64,000 nucleotides of DNA. Source: a virus. Lineage: Duplodnaviria > Caudoviricetes. The translations under genes and the position numbers were made by a program. The first letter of the stretch is position 1, and each line of letters begins with the position of its first letter. Below are positions 21,184 to 32,779 of this stretch, piece after piece. The stretch covers positions 5,602-69,601 of the IMG/VR virus record IMGVR_UViG_3300029305_007680. One strand, 5' to 3'. The notes beneath the pieces were generated by a model. The model ran no database searches, was not told where the DNA came from, and saw nothing but the letters and a program-made list of their open reading frames with translations.

Positions 21184-22996
21184 TTAATCAGTGGTTTTAG
21201 TGTATTCTACAGTAGCAGCATAAGGCATATTAACATATCCTCCAACAGCATATAATAATAGTTGATGTGTAGTTTCATTTATTCTAAAATACAATTGGTT
21301 ATTTGAATGAACACATGGGAATAATACTTGATGACCAGCAGTTGCAAAATATCCATATTGATTTATTAGAGTTTCAAAATTAGTATCTTGTGATAATATT
21401 GTATCTGCTGTTGTACCTTGAAAAGTTCTACGATAAATAGGTTTTCCGTTTATCCATGTACCTATTATAGTTTCTTCTTCGCTATATATTTCATCACCAA
21501 CTACTTCAGTACTAGAAGCTACAATGTACGCTTTAGCATTTAATTCATTTGTACTAGCAGAAGGTAACATGAACATATCATATATGTTGGATTCCCCTTC
21601 TTTAGTTCCAAAAATATTAAATCTATTAATACCTATTGCATAACTTGGAGCTACAACTGATAATCTAAATTTAGAATAGAATTTTGTATTATCATAACTA
21701 TCTATTTTATAATAACTATATGAAGTTTCGTCACATACAGGTTTTTCATCAACTCCTTCTGTGTATGTATCTAATACATCCCAAGAAGAAGTTTCATTAT
21801 TCCAACCCTTTAATTCCCAATAAGTTGGATAATAATTATAATTAGTATTTCCATTCCATACTACAATACAATATTTATAAGGAGAAAACTTGGTTCCATC
21901 TAAAAATTCAAAATCTAAATGAAAAGTTTTATTTAATTGATTAGTAGGAGTAATCCATGTAGCATTTACTGGATTACCATTTGTAGATAGTCTAAAAGTA
22001 TTTAAAACGTACCAAGGATAAAACTGAGTAGAATATATCGCACCACCTACACCAACACTACTAACCTTAATTTTATTATCTATAACAGCAGAATAATAAC
22101 TTTCTTCACCAAGAGATAAATCGCTTGTTATATTAGAAATTCTGCTAGATTGTTCTTCATATGTATACTCATCAAATATATACTTTTTATGAGAACTAAT
22201 TATTCCAGAATCACCTATAACAGAATATAATTCTGCATATTCATTTTTATCTAATATTTGATTATCCAACATTAAACAATTACTTGGAGGATTTTCAGCT
22301 AATGTATAGAATACATCTCCAACATTTAATTTATGAGGATTCTTTACAATTCCCCATTTAGCTCCTGTAGAAGTTGTATCATCATGTATTAATACCTGTC
22401 CGTTTGAACCATTAGATGGATATTCAGTTTTATTCTGATCACTTCAATTCAAACCGGACTCGGTACTGGAATCCTTAACTAGAACTTGACCATCTGTTCC
22501 ATTTTCAGGTAATATTATATTTGAGTTACCTCCGGAAGTATCAATATTCTTTAATAACTCATCAATTTCTTCTTTGGTATACATATTAGATGGACTTGAA
22601 ACAACAGATGCTCCAAACAATAATGCTTTACCAGATATTGGTTCAGAGAATATTAATTTTATTTCATTATCATTTTGAAATTGAATTTCAGATTCAATTT
22701 GTTTGTTTCCATCTGAATCATATACAATAACAAATAAATCTTGTGTATTTAGATTATGATTGATTGTCCATTCAATATTTTCAGTTGATTGTTCAAATTT
22801 ATATGATGAATTAACTCGTGTAAAATCAAGAATATTAAGTCATTCCAATTGTCCTGAAATTTGACTTAGTGAATAGATATATAATCCGATTTTCCTTGAA
22901 AATTGTCATACCTTCAACAGGATTTTCTGGGAAGTCATTGAATTTATTTAATATATATGTGCTGTTTTTAAATTCAAGATTTGATAATACTTTCAT
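21184..22996 (-). CDS. Tail fibre / receptor-binding protein, family A paralog (603 aa)
   Basis: Conserved N-terminus with one extra C at 22888; middle module shared with 4027-5877; ends IGTWINGKPIYRR...EYTKTTD. Confidence 0.82.
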
Positions 22997-23056
22997 AGTT
23001 CTGCCTCACGTAATTCATATAGTATAAAATTATTTATTTTCAGAAGCAGAACTATG
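22994..23056. promoter_or_regulatory. Inverted-repeat element covering the RBS/ATG of the family A gene
   Basis: catagttctgcctc...gaagcagaactatg (one mismatch). Confidence 0.7.
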
Positions 23057-23061
23057 AAAAA

Positions 23062-23666
23062 TTATTTAATTGCTATTGCTATTCCTGCCATATATCTATG
23101 ATAGATACTGCCATTATAATTATCAGGATCAAGTATAGATGATCCCATTCTATATGTTCGATAAATTCTATAATTAGGTCCACAAATTTTAAAATTCAAT
23201 TGTCCAGGTAAAAGTTCTCCTTCATCTCAACTTCCACTTGCTAAACCAAATCCGAATATACATAATCATTTATCTCCATAATTAGGTGAATAAAGTCTAC
23301 ATCTAGCATTAGGATATGCGTAATGATTATTTACAACTAGATTTGTTATATTATCTAAATCAATTAATCCGAATTGAAGTTGAACCGAGATTCTAATTGA
23401 ATGCTTTTTGCGACTTCAGCTACTTTTGCTAATGTAGCAGTTTCAGCTAAGGTAGCTTTATTTGCTAATGTTGCTATATCTGCTAATTTAGCTGAATTAG
23501 CAATATCAGCTTTATCTGCATAAGCAATTGTACAATCAGTTCGACCTGTACCTCCCTTGTTACATGGTAATACTGGATGATTTGATAAATCTGTTTTCAA
23601 ACATTTTGAAAAATTAGAATTAATATCGGAAGCTTTAATCAATTCTCCGGATTTGAATATTTTCAT
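23062..23666 (-). CDS. Short tail-fibre-like protein, family B paralog (200 aa)
   Basis: MKIFKSGELIKASD; two extra C before Gly codons (23371, 23387); SPNYGDKW; ends IAIAIK. Confidence 0.75.
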
Positions 23667-23825
23667 AATTTCCTCACTTGAATTTTCAAAAATTCATACT
23701 CAAATCCGGAAAAAAGTAAACTAATTTCAATTATTTTTGAAATTGAATTTCAATTAGGAATTTTTTAATTATTGGTTAACATTTTTTGGTATTTTATGTA
23801 AAATATATAAAAACGAGGAAAATAT

Positions 23826-24131
23826 ATGGCATCTATTAAGAAGATGGGACAAACGACAATTTTATTGCTTAGTTATCTTCAAAAGGCGTCATTTAGAATT
23901 AAGAAATATTCCGAGGCTAAGGATGGTGAGATATCCTTTGCAGAGGGTTCTCATGAAGATTTGTTTAAGTACTCAAGGACATTGAGGAATATGGGATTTA
24001 AGAATTATATAAAGAATGATTCTATATATTCAGATGTCAAATCTCATTCAGTTGATAATGGAGAATATAAGATAACATTTACAACAGATTCAACATTGAA
24101 GCGTTCTAACATTAAGATTGAAAAAATTTAA
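23826..24131 (+). CDS. Hypothetical protein
   Basis: RBS and TTAACA-N17-TAAAAT promoter upstream. Confidence 0.6.
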   Translation: MASIKKMGQTTILLLSYLQKASFRIKKYSEAKDGEISFAEGSHEDLFKYSRTLRNMGFKNYIKNDSIYSDVKSHSVDNGEYKITFTTDSTLKRSNIKIEKI

Positions 24132-24140
24132 GGAGAGAAT

Positions 24141-25121
24141 ATGATTAAGACATTTAGGTCCCCTGAGTGTAATTATATTTTTAACAGTAAAAATGGTATG
24201 ACATTGATGTGGGGCAGGACTCCTCAGGAGGACTTTGATGTTGCTCCATTTCCACTTATTTTTGATATGGAGATAACTGAAATTTGTAAGGGACCTGGTG
24301 GAGTTCCATGTCCTTTTTGTTATAAAAGTAATTTGCCTAATAAGGGTAAGTACACTCCTTTTGACAAAGCAAAGAAAATTATTGATAAGCTTCCCGAAAA
24401 GTTAACACAAATTGCGTTTGGTGTTGATGCTCAGTGTGAATCTAATCCTGATTGGTTTGATATTTTTAAATATGCAAGGGAGAAGACATTTATTCCAAAT
24501 GTTACCGTTGCTGATATTACACAGGAAACTGCAGATAAGATTTCTGATGTTTGTGGAGCGGTTGCAGTTTCAAGATATGCTAATAAGGAATTTTGTTATA
24601 ACTCTCTTTCTAAATTAAAGCTTAAGCAGAAGAATATTCATCAAATGATTTCACAAGAAACATTTGAACAAGCTTTGGAAACATTAGAAGATATTAAAAA
24701 TGATGATAGACTTAAGGATTTGAATGCAATTGTATTTTTATCCTTAAAGAAGAAAGGTCGAGGATGTTCTTTTAATAGATTGACCAACGAGCAATTTGAA
24801 GAACTAATTACAAAGTGTGCTGAGTTAGGTATTTCATATGGATTTGATTCATGTTCAGCCACAAAATATCTATTGACTGAATATGGTCAGAAGAATGTTC
24901 AATTTGTTGAAAAATGTGAATCTTCTTTAAGTTCTGGTTATTGTAATGTAGATGGTGATTTTTTTCCGTGTTCATTCACAGAAGGTCTCGGAAACTGGAA
25001 AGAAGGAATCAATATTATTGATGCTGAATCATTTGATGATGTATGGAATCATCCTAAGGTTCAAATTTTCAGGGAAGAACTTCTTATGAACAAGAGAAAT
25101 TGTCCTATATATAATGTTTAG
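24141..25121 (+). CDS. Radical SAM protein with SPASM-like C-terminal Cys
   Basis: ICKGPGGVPCPFC; C-terminal CES...DFFPCSF...CPIY. Confidence 0.8.
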   Translation: MIKTFRSPECNYIFNSKNGMTLMWGRTPQEDFDVAPFPLIFDMEITEICKGPGGVPCPFCYKSNLPNKGKYTPFDKAKKIIDKLPEKLTQIAFGVDAQCESNPDWFDIFKYAREKTFIPNVTVADITQETADKISDVCGAVAVSRYANKEFCYNSLSKLKLKQKNIHQMISQETFEQALETLEDIKNDDRLKDLNAIVFLSLKKKGRGCSFNRLTNEQFEELITKCAELGISYGFDSCSATKYLLTEYGQKNVQFVEKCESSLSSGYCNVDGDFFPCSFTEGLGNWKEGINIIDAESFDDVWNHPKVQIFREELLMNKRNCPIYNV

Positions 25122-25167
25122 AATGTTAACAAATATAAATTCGATTGTTATAATTTAATCAAAAAAA

Positions 25168-25536
25168 ATGGAGGATTTTATGAGGACGAAGATCAATTAT
25201 GACGGTTCTATCACGTATATTACTAAGCGAATCAGGAACAATAAGGGTGTAAAGGGTTTTCTTGTTGCTGTGAAGAAAGAAAATGAAAATTCATATAATA
25301 TAGGTTTTTCGTTATGTAATCGTGTTGACGAATTTGATAAGGATTTCGGATTGGCATTGGCAATTAATCGAGCATTGAGGACTGACAGGAATCCTATTAT
25401 TGTTCCTCTTTCTATCAGGAAGTCATTTCATAAGTTTAGTACTCGAGCTCAAAAGTACTTTAAGGGTTGCGTTAAGAATAATAATCGTATTGATGATTAT
25501 TCATTTGAAGACCTTCTTGCTATGGAGGAGTGCTAA
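25168..25536 (+). CDS. Hypothetical protein
   Basis: GFSLCNRVDEFDKDFGLALAINRA; promoter upstream. Confidence 0.6.
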   Translation: MEDFMRTKINYDGSITYITKRIRNNKGVKGFLVAVKKENENSYNIGFSLCNRVDEFDKDFGLALAINRALRTDRNPIIVPLSIRKSFHKFSTRAQKYFKGCVKNNNRIDDYSFEDLLAMEEC

Positions 25537-26132
25537 TGCTTAATTTTATAAAGCGTAAGTTTTTTTCTAAGGAAGAAGAGGTAAAATATCCATTTTTATG
25601 TAGTGATGGTGTTTCTACAGCTACATTTAAATATCATTCTGTTAAGGAAGTTGGAGGAATCCTTCTTCCTAAAGAAGAAGAGGTAACGTATGTGTCATCT
25701 AAAGTTTCTAAATTTGAAATGAATGAATTAGATTGTTATCGACTTTATAAGTCAGATAATTCATTTCTTCAGTTAAATTATGATAAGATAAATAAAAATC
25801 TTATTGATGGCTTATATTTAGAATTAGAGGATACTGTTTTCTTTAGTAAGAATGAATATTCACATTATTTTTCTGAAATTTCTAGTTTAAGTATTTCGTT
25901 TAATGATAAAGTATATATTAGGGACATCGAGGATTCTAATTCAGATAATATAGATCCATTTTATATTGTTGAGGAGTTTAATGATTCCACTAAGAAAGAA
26001 ACACATTCTATGGTTTTTAGGGCTGATATTTCTGGAGAGGATGATATAAATAACAAGCTATTATTTGTTGAGTTATATGAAGATAGGTTAAAGATATATA
26101 AGATGTATTTAACTGAGTTTATAACGATTTAA
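25530..26132 (+). CDS. Hypothetical protein
   Basis: ORF track; overlaps the previous stop. Confidence 0.55.
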   Translation: MLMLNFIKRKFFSKEEEVKYPFLCSDGVSTATFKYHSVKEVGGILLPKEEEVTYVSSKVSKFEMNELDCYRLYKSDNSFLQLNYDKINKNLIDGLYLELEDTVFFSKNEYSHYFSEISSLSISFNDKVYIRDIEDSNSDNIDPFYIVEEFNDSTKKETHSMVFRADISGEDDINNKLLFVELYEDRLKIYKMYLTEFITI

Positions 26133-26146
26133 TCTGTGAGGATGAT

Positions 26147-26977
26147 ATGAAAAAGTCTTTGGTTATTTTGTTTGTCTTTTGTTTTACTATATTTTCTTCA
26201 TTGTATATGACTGTGGACTGTGATGCTGCTAGACGAGGAGGAAGTTTTAGTAGATCTTATAAAAGCAGTTCATCTACATTTAAGTCGAGTACATTAACAA
26301 GTAAACCTAGTAGTAGTTCTACTAAATCCGGAAGTTTTGGATTATCAAGTAGACCGAAAAGTGATTATAAAGCATCTGACAGTTCATCTAATTGGGGTTC
26401 TTCATGGAGTTCAAGTTCGTCAAATAAATCTACATCGTTGGGATCGAGTTCATCAAGTTCTAATAAGTCAGGAAGTTTTGGAAGATCGAGTTCATCAAGA
26501 AATGTTAACAATAATTCTTCAAAAGATTATAGTAAAGATATAAGCACTGGTTTTAGACGTCAAAATAATACAGATGAAATTTATAGGAATTCTTCTCCAA
26601 ATGTTCAAACATTATATACGCAGAGTCCATCATTTGGATTATGGGATACAATGTTTTTAATGATGATGCTTAATTCTAATAATAACTCAGCATGGTTTTA
26701 TCATCATCAAAATGATGAAGAGATAAAAAAGTTTAAAGCAGAATTGGAAAAAATGGCTGAAACTGATGAAGAATTAAAGAAGAAACTCGAAGAACTTAAT
26801 AAAGGAGAGAAGGAATTAAAGGATGCTAATGTAAAGATTGACGAAACCTATATCTCTGAGGAAGAGGAAAAAATTAAAGAAGAGGATGAACATGGTATAA
26901 TACTTTGATTGATTTTACTTGTGTTTTTATGTGTGGGTATTGCATTTATTTGGAAAAATCACTGTAAAATATATTAA
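26147..26977 (+). CDS. Membrane protein with signal peptide, Ser/Gly-rich region and C-terminal TM helix
   Basis: Hydrophobic N-terminus, ARRGGSFSRS low-complexity run; reading TGA at 26906 as Trp completes a TM helix (ILWLILLVFLCVGIAFIW). Confidence 0.65.
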
Positions 26978-26997
26978 AAACATAAAAAGGAGAATAT

Positions 26998-27756
26998 ATG
27001 AACTTTTTTTCAAATTTCATTAAGTCTAAGGCATCTGATGTAAAGGATAATTTAACTGAAATGCTTGCTCGTTGGGATCCTGAAACAGCAACACAAGCTG
27101 AAGTTGATACTATGTATGATGAATTTGTAAATCTTTCGAAGAAACTTGAAAAGGCACGTCAAACAATGGAACGTGAACAGGCTGAGGCTGAAACAATTAA
27201 GAAAGCATATAACAAGAAGATGGATATTCTTGATGTTCTTCAAACACGTAAAAGTTCTCTTGATGAAAATTCTGATCCATCTGTTGAACGTGAGATTGAC
27301 GATGCAATTGCTGAACTCACAAGTACACTTGAAGATTTAATGCCAGATGTTGAACGTGAAATTGAGGAAGCAAAGGAAGCAAAGGAATACTTTGATGAAT
27401 TATCTTCTGCTGTAAAGGATCTTGGAGATAAAATTAAGACAGCTCGTTCTTCAATTGAAAAGGCTAAGAAGCGTATGGAACGTGCGGAACTTAATGTAAA
27501 GAAGGCAAAGGAACGTGAAGAACGTGCTAAGGAACTTGCAGGTCTTAAGAATGCGACAAAGTCAACTGGAGCTGCATTTGATGCATTAACCAGGGCTGCT
27601 GAAAAGATGGAAGCTGATGCTGCTGCAGCTAATAATCGTACAAAGCTTCTTGGAGACCTTAATACAAGTAAGAAAACAAATTCACTTATCAGTGAAATTG
27701 AATCATCACTTTCAGATACTAAATCTGTAGAACGACCAAAGCTTAAACGTTTTTAA
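26998..27756 (+). CDS. PspA/IM30-like coiled-coil protein
   Basis: Long Ala/Glu/Lys-rich coiled coil; resemblance by composition only. Confidence 0.5.
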   Translation: MNFFSNFIKSKASDVKDNLTEMLARWDPETATQAEVDTMYDEFVNLSKKLEKARQTMEREQAEAETIKKAYNKKMDILDVLQTRKSSLDENSDPSVEREIDDAIAELTSTLEDLMPDVEREIEEAKEAKEYFDELSSAVKDLGDKIKTARSSIEKAKKRMERAELNVKKAKEREERAKELAGLKNATKSTGAAFDALTRAAEKMEADAAAANNRTKLLGDLNTSKKTNSLISEIESSLSDTKSVERPKLKRF

Positions 27757-27939
27757 TGTAAATATGAGGGTCCTAGGACCCTCATAGGAGTTTTTATATG
27801 ACTTTAGACGAAGCTATAAATGAATATAGAAATAGATTTACTGGTTTGAAAGATGTTTGTGAAGAATGTTCAAATGAATGTAAACAAATGTATCTATGGC
27901 TTATGGAATTAAAAGAATTAAGAGAAACAATGAAAAGGA

Positions 27940-28959
27940 GTGAATATGTTAAATAAAATCGTTTGTTTTGTTTTAATGTTTTTTCTTACCCCATGTCTAG
28001 CTTTTTCTAATGTTCTGTTAGACGATGATAGATTTAGTGTTCTTAAACGTGTTGATGAATATATTTTCATTTTGGATACATCTGGATCAATGTTGATTAA
28101 AGAGGGATTTCCTGAATATAAAATTACAGCGGCTAAAGAAATTATGTCAAATATTGTAAAAGATGTTCCATCTAAACTTGATATTGAAAGTTCTTTAGTT
28201 ACAATTTGTCCAGAAACTGTAGTTTTTAATGGAAAAATTGAAAAAACAATTTCACAAAAACACATGTTAAAAAAGATTAAATCTGTAAAAGAAAATCATG
28301 ATGTTGTTGGACGAATGACTAATTTAGAAAAGGGTATTTATAGTTTAGATAAGTATCTTAAGGATAATTCAGCTCGAAAGATTGCTATGATTTTAATTAC
28401 AGATGGTGATTATAATAGGGGTGATAATCCTGTAGATGCAGTTAAACATTTATATAAGAAGTACAATAATGTTGTTTTTCATGTAATTGATTTATCTACT
28501 AAGGCTAACGGAAGAAACACAATTGATGAAATTGTCAATTTACATGATGATTCAGTCAAATTTAATGGCAAGATGCATGTTCTTAATGGAAGTGAGTTTG
28601 CTCATAATGTAGCAAAATCTGTTATTTATGGAACATTTCCTATAGTAAATGTACATTTTAATTTTGATGAATACAAGTTTAAAGATAAATCAGATAAGAA
28701 TGTTATTTTAGATATTGCAAATATGGTGAATGAATCATTTCTTGTTGATTCTGTAAATATCAATGGATGGACAGATAGTATTGGTACTGAAAAATATAAT
28801 GATTCTTTATCAACTAAGAGAGCCAAGACTGTTCATAGTGTATTAGAAAATGATATTTATGAGGTAATTTATACTGGTAATGGTGAATCTTCAATGTTTG
28901 ATAATAAAACAAGGAATGGAAGAGCATTAAATAGACGTGCTGAAATTTGGTTTTTCTAA
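27940..28959 (+). CDS. Secreted vWA + OmpA-like peptidoglycan-binding domain protein
   Basis: Signal peptide; ILDTSGSM and ITDGD (vWA); VHFNFDE, GWTDSIGTEKYNDSLSTKRAKTV and NRRAEI (OmpA C-terminal). Confidence 0.85.
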   Translation: MNMLNKIVCFVLMFFLTPCLAFSNVLLDDDRFSVLKRVDEYIFILDTSGSMLIKEGFPEYKITAAKEIMSNIVKDVPSKLDIESSLVTICPETVVFNGKIEKTISQKHMLKKIKSVKENHDVVGRMTNLEKGIYSLDKYLKDNSARKIAMILITDGDYNRGDNPVDAVKHLYKKYNNVVFHVIDLSTKANGRNTIDEIVNLHDDSVKFNGKMHVLNGSEFAHNVAKSVIYGTFPIVNVHFNFDEYKFKDKSDKNVILDIANMVNESFLVDSVNINGWTDSIGTEKYNDSLSTKRAKTVHSVLENDIYEVIYTGNGESSMFDNKTRNGRALNRRAEIWFF

Positions 28960-29064
28960 AAATAAATCTATAAATTTATATTGAAAGGTTCCTTTAAGGA
29001 ACCTTTTTAGTTAACAAATGTAGAATAATATTATATAATTTTTCTATAACATTGGAGATATTAT

Positions 29065-29565
29065 ATGAAAATAGGTATTTATTTGGGAAGATTTCAGCCT
29101 TTGCATATAAATCATGAAAAGATAATTAAGCAGATGATAAATGATTTTGGTTATGATAATTCTATTTTGATAATAGGGAGTGCACATACAAATGATGAAA
29201 GGAATCCCTATTCATTGGATGATAGAATTAAAATGATTAAGAATTCTTTTCCAGATATAAAAAATATATTTTATTTAGATGATAATCCTGATGATAGTAA
29301 ATGGCTTAGTAACTTTATTAAATTGATAAAATCATTTGATGAAACTTTGAGATGCAGGGATGTTACTATTTATGCAGGTAATAAAGAAGATGTTTGGTTT
29401 TTAGATTTATCTGAAGAAAGCAGTTCATTTAATATTAGACAGTTTAATAGAACAGAGAATGATTTATCTGCAACAAAAATAAGGAAGGCGTTGAAGGATA
29501 AAGATTTTGAATACGTAAAAAAGCATATAAATATATTAAATCATTCTTTGATTATTGGAGATTAG
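29065..29565 (+). CDS. Nicotinamide-nucleotide adenylyltransferase (cytidyltransferase-like)
   Basis: YLGRFQPLHINH, IGSA...RNPYS and LSATKIR. Confidence 0.85.
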   Translation: MKIGIYLGRFQPLHINHEKIIKQMINDFGYDNSILIIGSAHTNDERNPYSLDDRIKMIKNSFPDIKNIFYLDDNPDDSKWLSNFIKLIKSFDETLRCRDVTIYAGNKEDVWFLDLSEESSSFNIRQFNRTENDLSATKIRKALKDKDFEYVKKHINILNHSLIIGD

Positions 29566-29566
29566 T

Positions 29567-29968
29567 ATGCGATTTAGTAAGTGATTAGTAGAAAAAGAAA
29601 ATGATATTGTTAAGAAAGTTTTGTCATTAGAGGACCCTAATGATAATGAAGAATATACAAAGAAGATGGTTATTGATAGAATAGAAACTATTTCTAAAGC
29701 AATTGATTTTCAAAAAAAGAAAGTTGATGATATTAATGATGATATTCAAAATGGAATATTATCTGATATGTTAAAGAAGTTAAGAAAATGGAAGAATGTT
29801 CTTAAAGTTAGATGGCCTAAGGATTCGGATGATGATTTGTCTCCTGTTCCTGCAAAGCCAACACAACCTCCAATTGATATGGGTACAAAAATGCCTATTG
29901 ATTTATTAGCTAAAATGAATGGTGTTGAGGACGAAGAAGATTCTGATAAAGAAAAACCTAAAAAATAA
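29567..29968 (+). CDS. Hypothetical protein with an MRFSKWLVE N-terminus
   Basis: Start extended through TGA; shares the N-terminal motif family. Confidence 0.55.
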
Positions 29969-29980
29969 GGTTGTTTAATT

Positions 29981-30442
29981 ATGAAAATTGTGAAGAAAAA
30001 TACTAATGTTTCTTATCATTATGAAATATTAGAAGAATATGTTGCTGGTATAATACTTGAGGGATACGAAATAAAACCAATAAAAAGTGGTTTTATTTCT
30101 TTTTCTGATAGTTATGTTAGCATTTCAGGTAACAAAGTTATTCTGAAAAACTTTCATATTAATTTAAGAAATAAAAGTATTTCAAATGTATTTTTTGATG
30201 CTGGTAAATATGAAACAAGAGATAGACAACTTTTATTAAACAAATATGAAATAGAAAAATTGAAACAGAAAATTTATGAAAAAAGACTTACATTGATTCC
30301 TTTAGAAATTATTTTAAATAAATCCTTAATAAAAGTAAAACTTGGTGTTTGTAAAGGTAAAAAACTATATGAAAAGAAAAGGGAATTAAAGGAAAAAGAT
30401 ATTAAACGAGAAATGGACAGAGAAATTAAAAACTATAAATAG
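29981..30442 (+). CDS. smpB: SsrA-binding protein
   Basis: YEILEEYVAGIILEGYEIK, RQLLLNKYEI, LTLIPL, KVKLGVCKGKKLYEKK. Confidence 0.9.
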   Translation: MKIVKKNTNVSYHYEILEEYVAGIILEGYEIKPIKSGFISFSDSYVSISGNKVILKNFHINLRNKSISNVFFDAGKYETRDRQLLLNKYEIEKLKQKIYEKRLTLIPLEIILNKSLIKVKLGVCKGKKLYEKKRELKEKDIKREMDREIKNYK

Positions 30443-30524
30443 AAGTATGTGTTCAAAAGTATAAGATATTTAATCTAAAAATCAAGTAAAGTTTACTTTC
30501 TAATATAAAGCAATTAAAATAAAA

Positions 30525-30560
30525 CTAGGTCGATACTTAACTTGCTAAGTATCGACCTAG
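30525..30560. terminator. Hairpin terminator after smpB
   Basis: ctaggtcgatactta...taagtatcgacctag. Confidence 0.65.
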
Positions 30561-31379
30561 AAAAACAGTTATATTATTTTGACTCTCTGATTTTTACTTC
30601 AAATGAAGTTATTAGAGAGTCAAAAGTAATATCTGTATTTGTAAAATGACATGTGAATATCAACATTATACCTAAAATAATAGGTATAATTATTGAGGTT
30701 AATGTCAAGTATCACAAATATAGAACACTGTTTTTTTACTGCATTTAGCAATTTAATGTTATTAGGTGGCATATTAGCACCTCCTAAAAAGATTATCTTG
30801 CACAACACAGCTTGATGATTAAATTGATAAAGTCAATATGTCATGTACCAATTATTTTTGTAATAATTCTTAAATCAAGAATGATTAACATGAGAATCAA
30901 TATCGTATAAAATAATCTATATAAACAATTTAATGGAGGATATTATATAGAGTAGATTAAATTTAATTTTTTGGCGGAGTCTAAATGACTCCATAGAATG
31001 TACTACAATTACATTCTATGGAGCATAGAATGACTGATAAATCATTCTTCTAGTTTAACTGTTTTTATTGAATTTATATGTTATATAAAATAACTAATAA
31101 ATTCAAGTATGATACGAATTATTATTCATAATCATTTCATATGAATGCACCTCCTTATTGGATTTCAAAATTGCATGTATGATCCTACATGCAATTTTAA
31201 TTTTAAATTTGAGGAAAATTCATTTTATTAGTTACTAAGCTTATGAATTGATTAGAATGGATATGTAAAGCATCACAAATTGATAAAGATTTTAATTATT
31301 TTGTATGTTTTAATTGGATATTCAAGAAAATATTATTAGAAAAGTTATATAATTATTTCTAAAAAAGGAGTAGTTATAT

Positions 31380-32079
31380 ATGGTTAAATTAAATCGGTTT
31401 AATAAAATCTGCTGATTTAGAGCATGGTACATATGAATGAAATGAAAAAATAACATATAACAAGCCTGCTTTGGTTTTCGGACCTGATGGAAATTTATAT
31501 AAAGCACTTAAATCATCTAAAGGAAAAAATCCTGTTAATAATCCAAATATATGAGAGGATATTTTAACAGAGCTAAATAATATTGTTAACGATATAAAGG
31601 AGAATTTATTTCCAATAGGTGGAATATGTGCGTGACCAAGTTTGAATAATTTTCCTAAGTTTGGCACTATTTGATTTGAATGTAATGGTAATAATTTTGA
31701 TTCTTCTTTATATCCTGAGTTATATTCAATATTGGGTTCATCTAAGCTTCCGGATTATAGGGGATTATTTTTGAGAGGATATGGAAGACAGAGCTTATCT
31801 GACAGAGATGTTTATAGTGATTCTATAGGTGTAATTCAAGGAGATGGCATAAGAGTTGAATCAACTAATATTAAGATAAAAAGTGGAAATATGTTTTTAT
31901 ATAGATGATATCAGAGTTTTGATGGAGATGGACCAGATAATGATTACACTGCATGTTTTGGAAATTATATTAGAAAGGGAGCAGCAGTTACTGGAATTGA
32001 AATAGGAAATTTAGGTCAGAAAGAAGATAGTACAAGACCTGTTAATACTGCCGTTAGATGGTTGATTAAAGCAAAATAA
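31380..32079 (+). CDS. Phage tail-collar domain protein, family C (232 aa)
   Basis: FPIGGICAWP, WFECNG, YPELYSILG, LPDYRGLFLRG and TRPVNTAVRWLIKAK; one extra C at 31395; TGA=Trp. Confidence 0.85.
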
Positions 32080-32120
32080 AATATTATTACATATAATTAC
32101 TTCTAAAAAGGAGTAGTTAT

Positions 32121-32753
32121 ATGGTTAAATTAAGTCGGATTGATAAAATCAAATGATTTGAATCATGGAACATATGAATGGAATTCAGAGCAAACATATA
32201 ATATACCAGCAATGGTTTTTGGACCTGATGGAAATTTATATAGAGCATTAAAATCATCTAAAGGAAAAAATCCAACATTAAATCCCGATGTATGAGAGGA
32301 TATAATAAAGAAGATAAATGATGTTGTTATACAAGTAAGGGACAGTGCATTTCCAATTGGACGGTATATGTGCATGACCAAGTTTATTTAATTTTCCTGG
32401 TTTTGGTATAACATGATTTGAATGTGATGGATCTGAATATGATACATCTGTTTATTCTAGTTTATATTCAGTATTAGGTTCAAATAAGTTACCAGATTTT
32501 CGAGGATATTTTTTAAGACGGATATGGTGGTGATTCTGGTGAAATTTTAGTTCATCAAGATCAGATGGTTGGGGAGCATGATCACATTGTATCTATATGA
32601 AATGGTGATGGATATGGAAGTGGAACACCAGCATTCGATGTCACACATTCTCCATGAGGACCAGTGAAATTTAGGACAATACCAGGTAATAATATGGGAG
32701 AGGAAACAAGACCTGTAAATAAAGCTGTAAGGTGATTAATTAAAGCCGAATAA
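32121..32753 (+). CDS. Phage tail-collar domain protein, family C tandem paralog (209 aa)
   Basis: Same motifs; extra C before Gly at 32136, 32362 and 32519; ends ETRPVNKAVRWLIKAE. Confidence 0.82.
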
Positions 32754-32779
32754 ATAAACATAAAAAGGATTTTATGTTT

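Noticed and set aside
30443-31345. tmRNA next to smpB
   Set aside because: No tRNA-Ala-like acceptor or GTTCGA T-loop found
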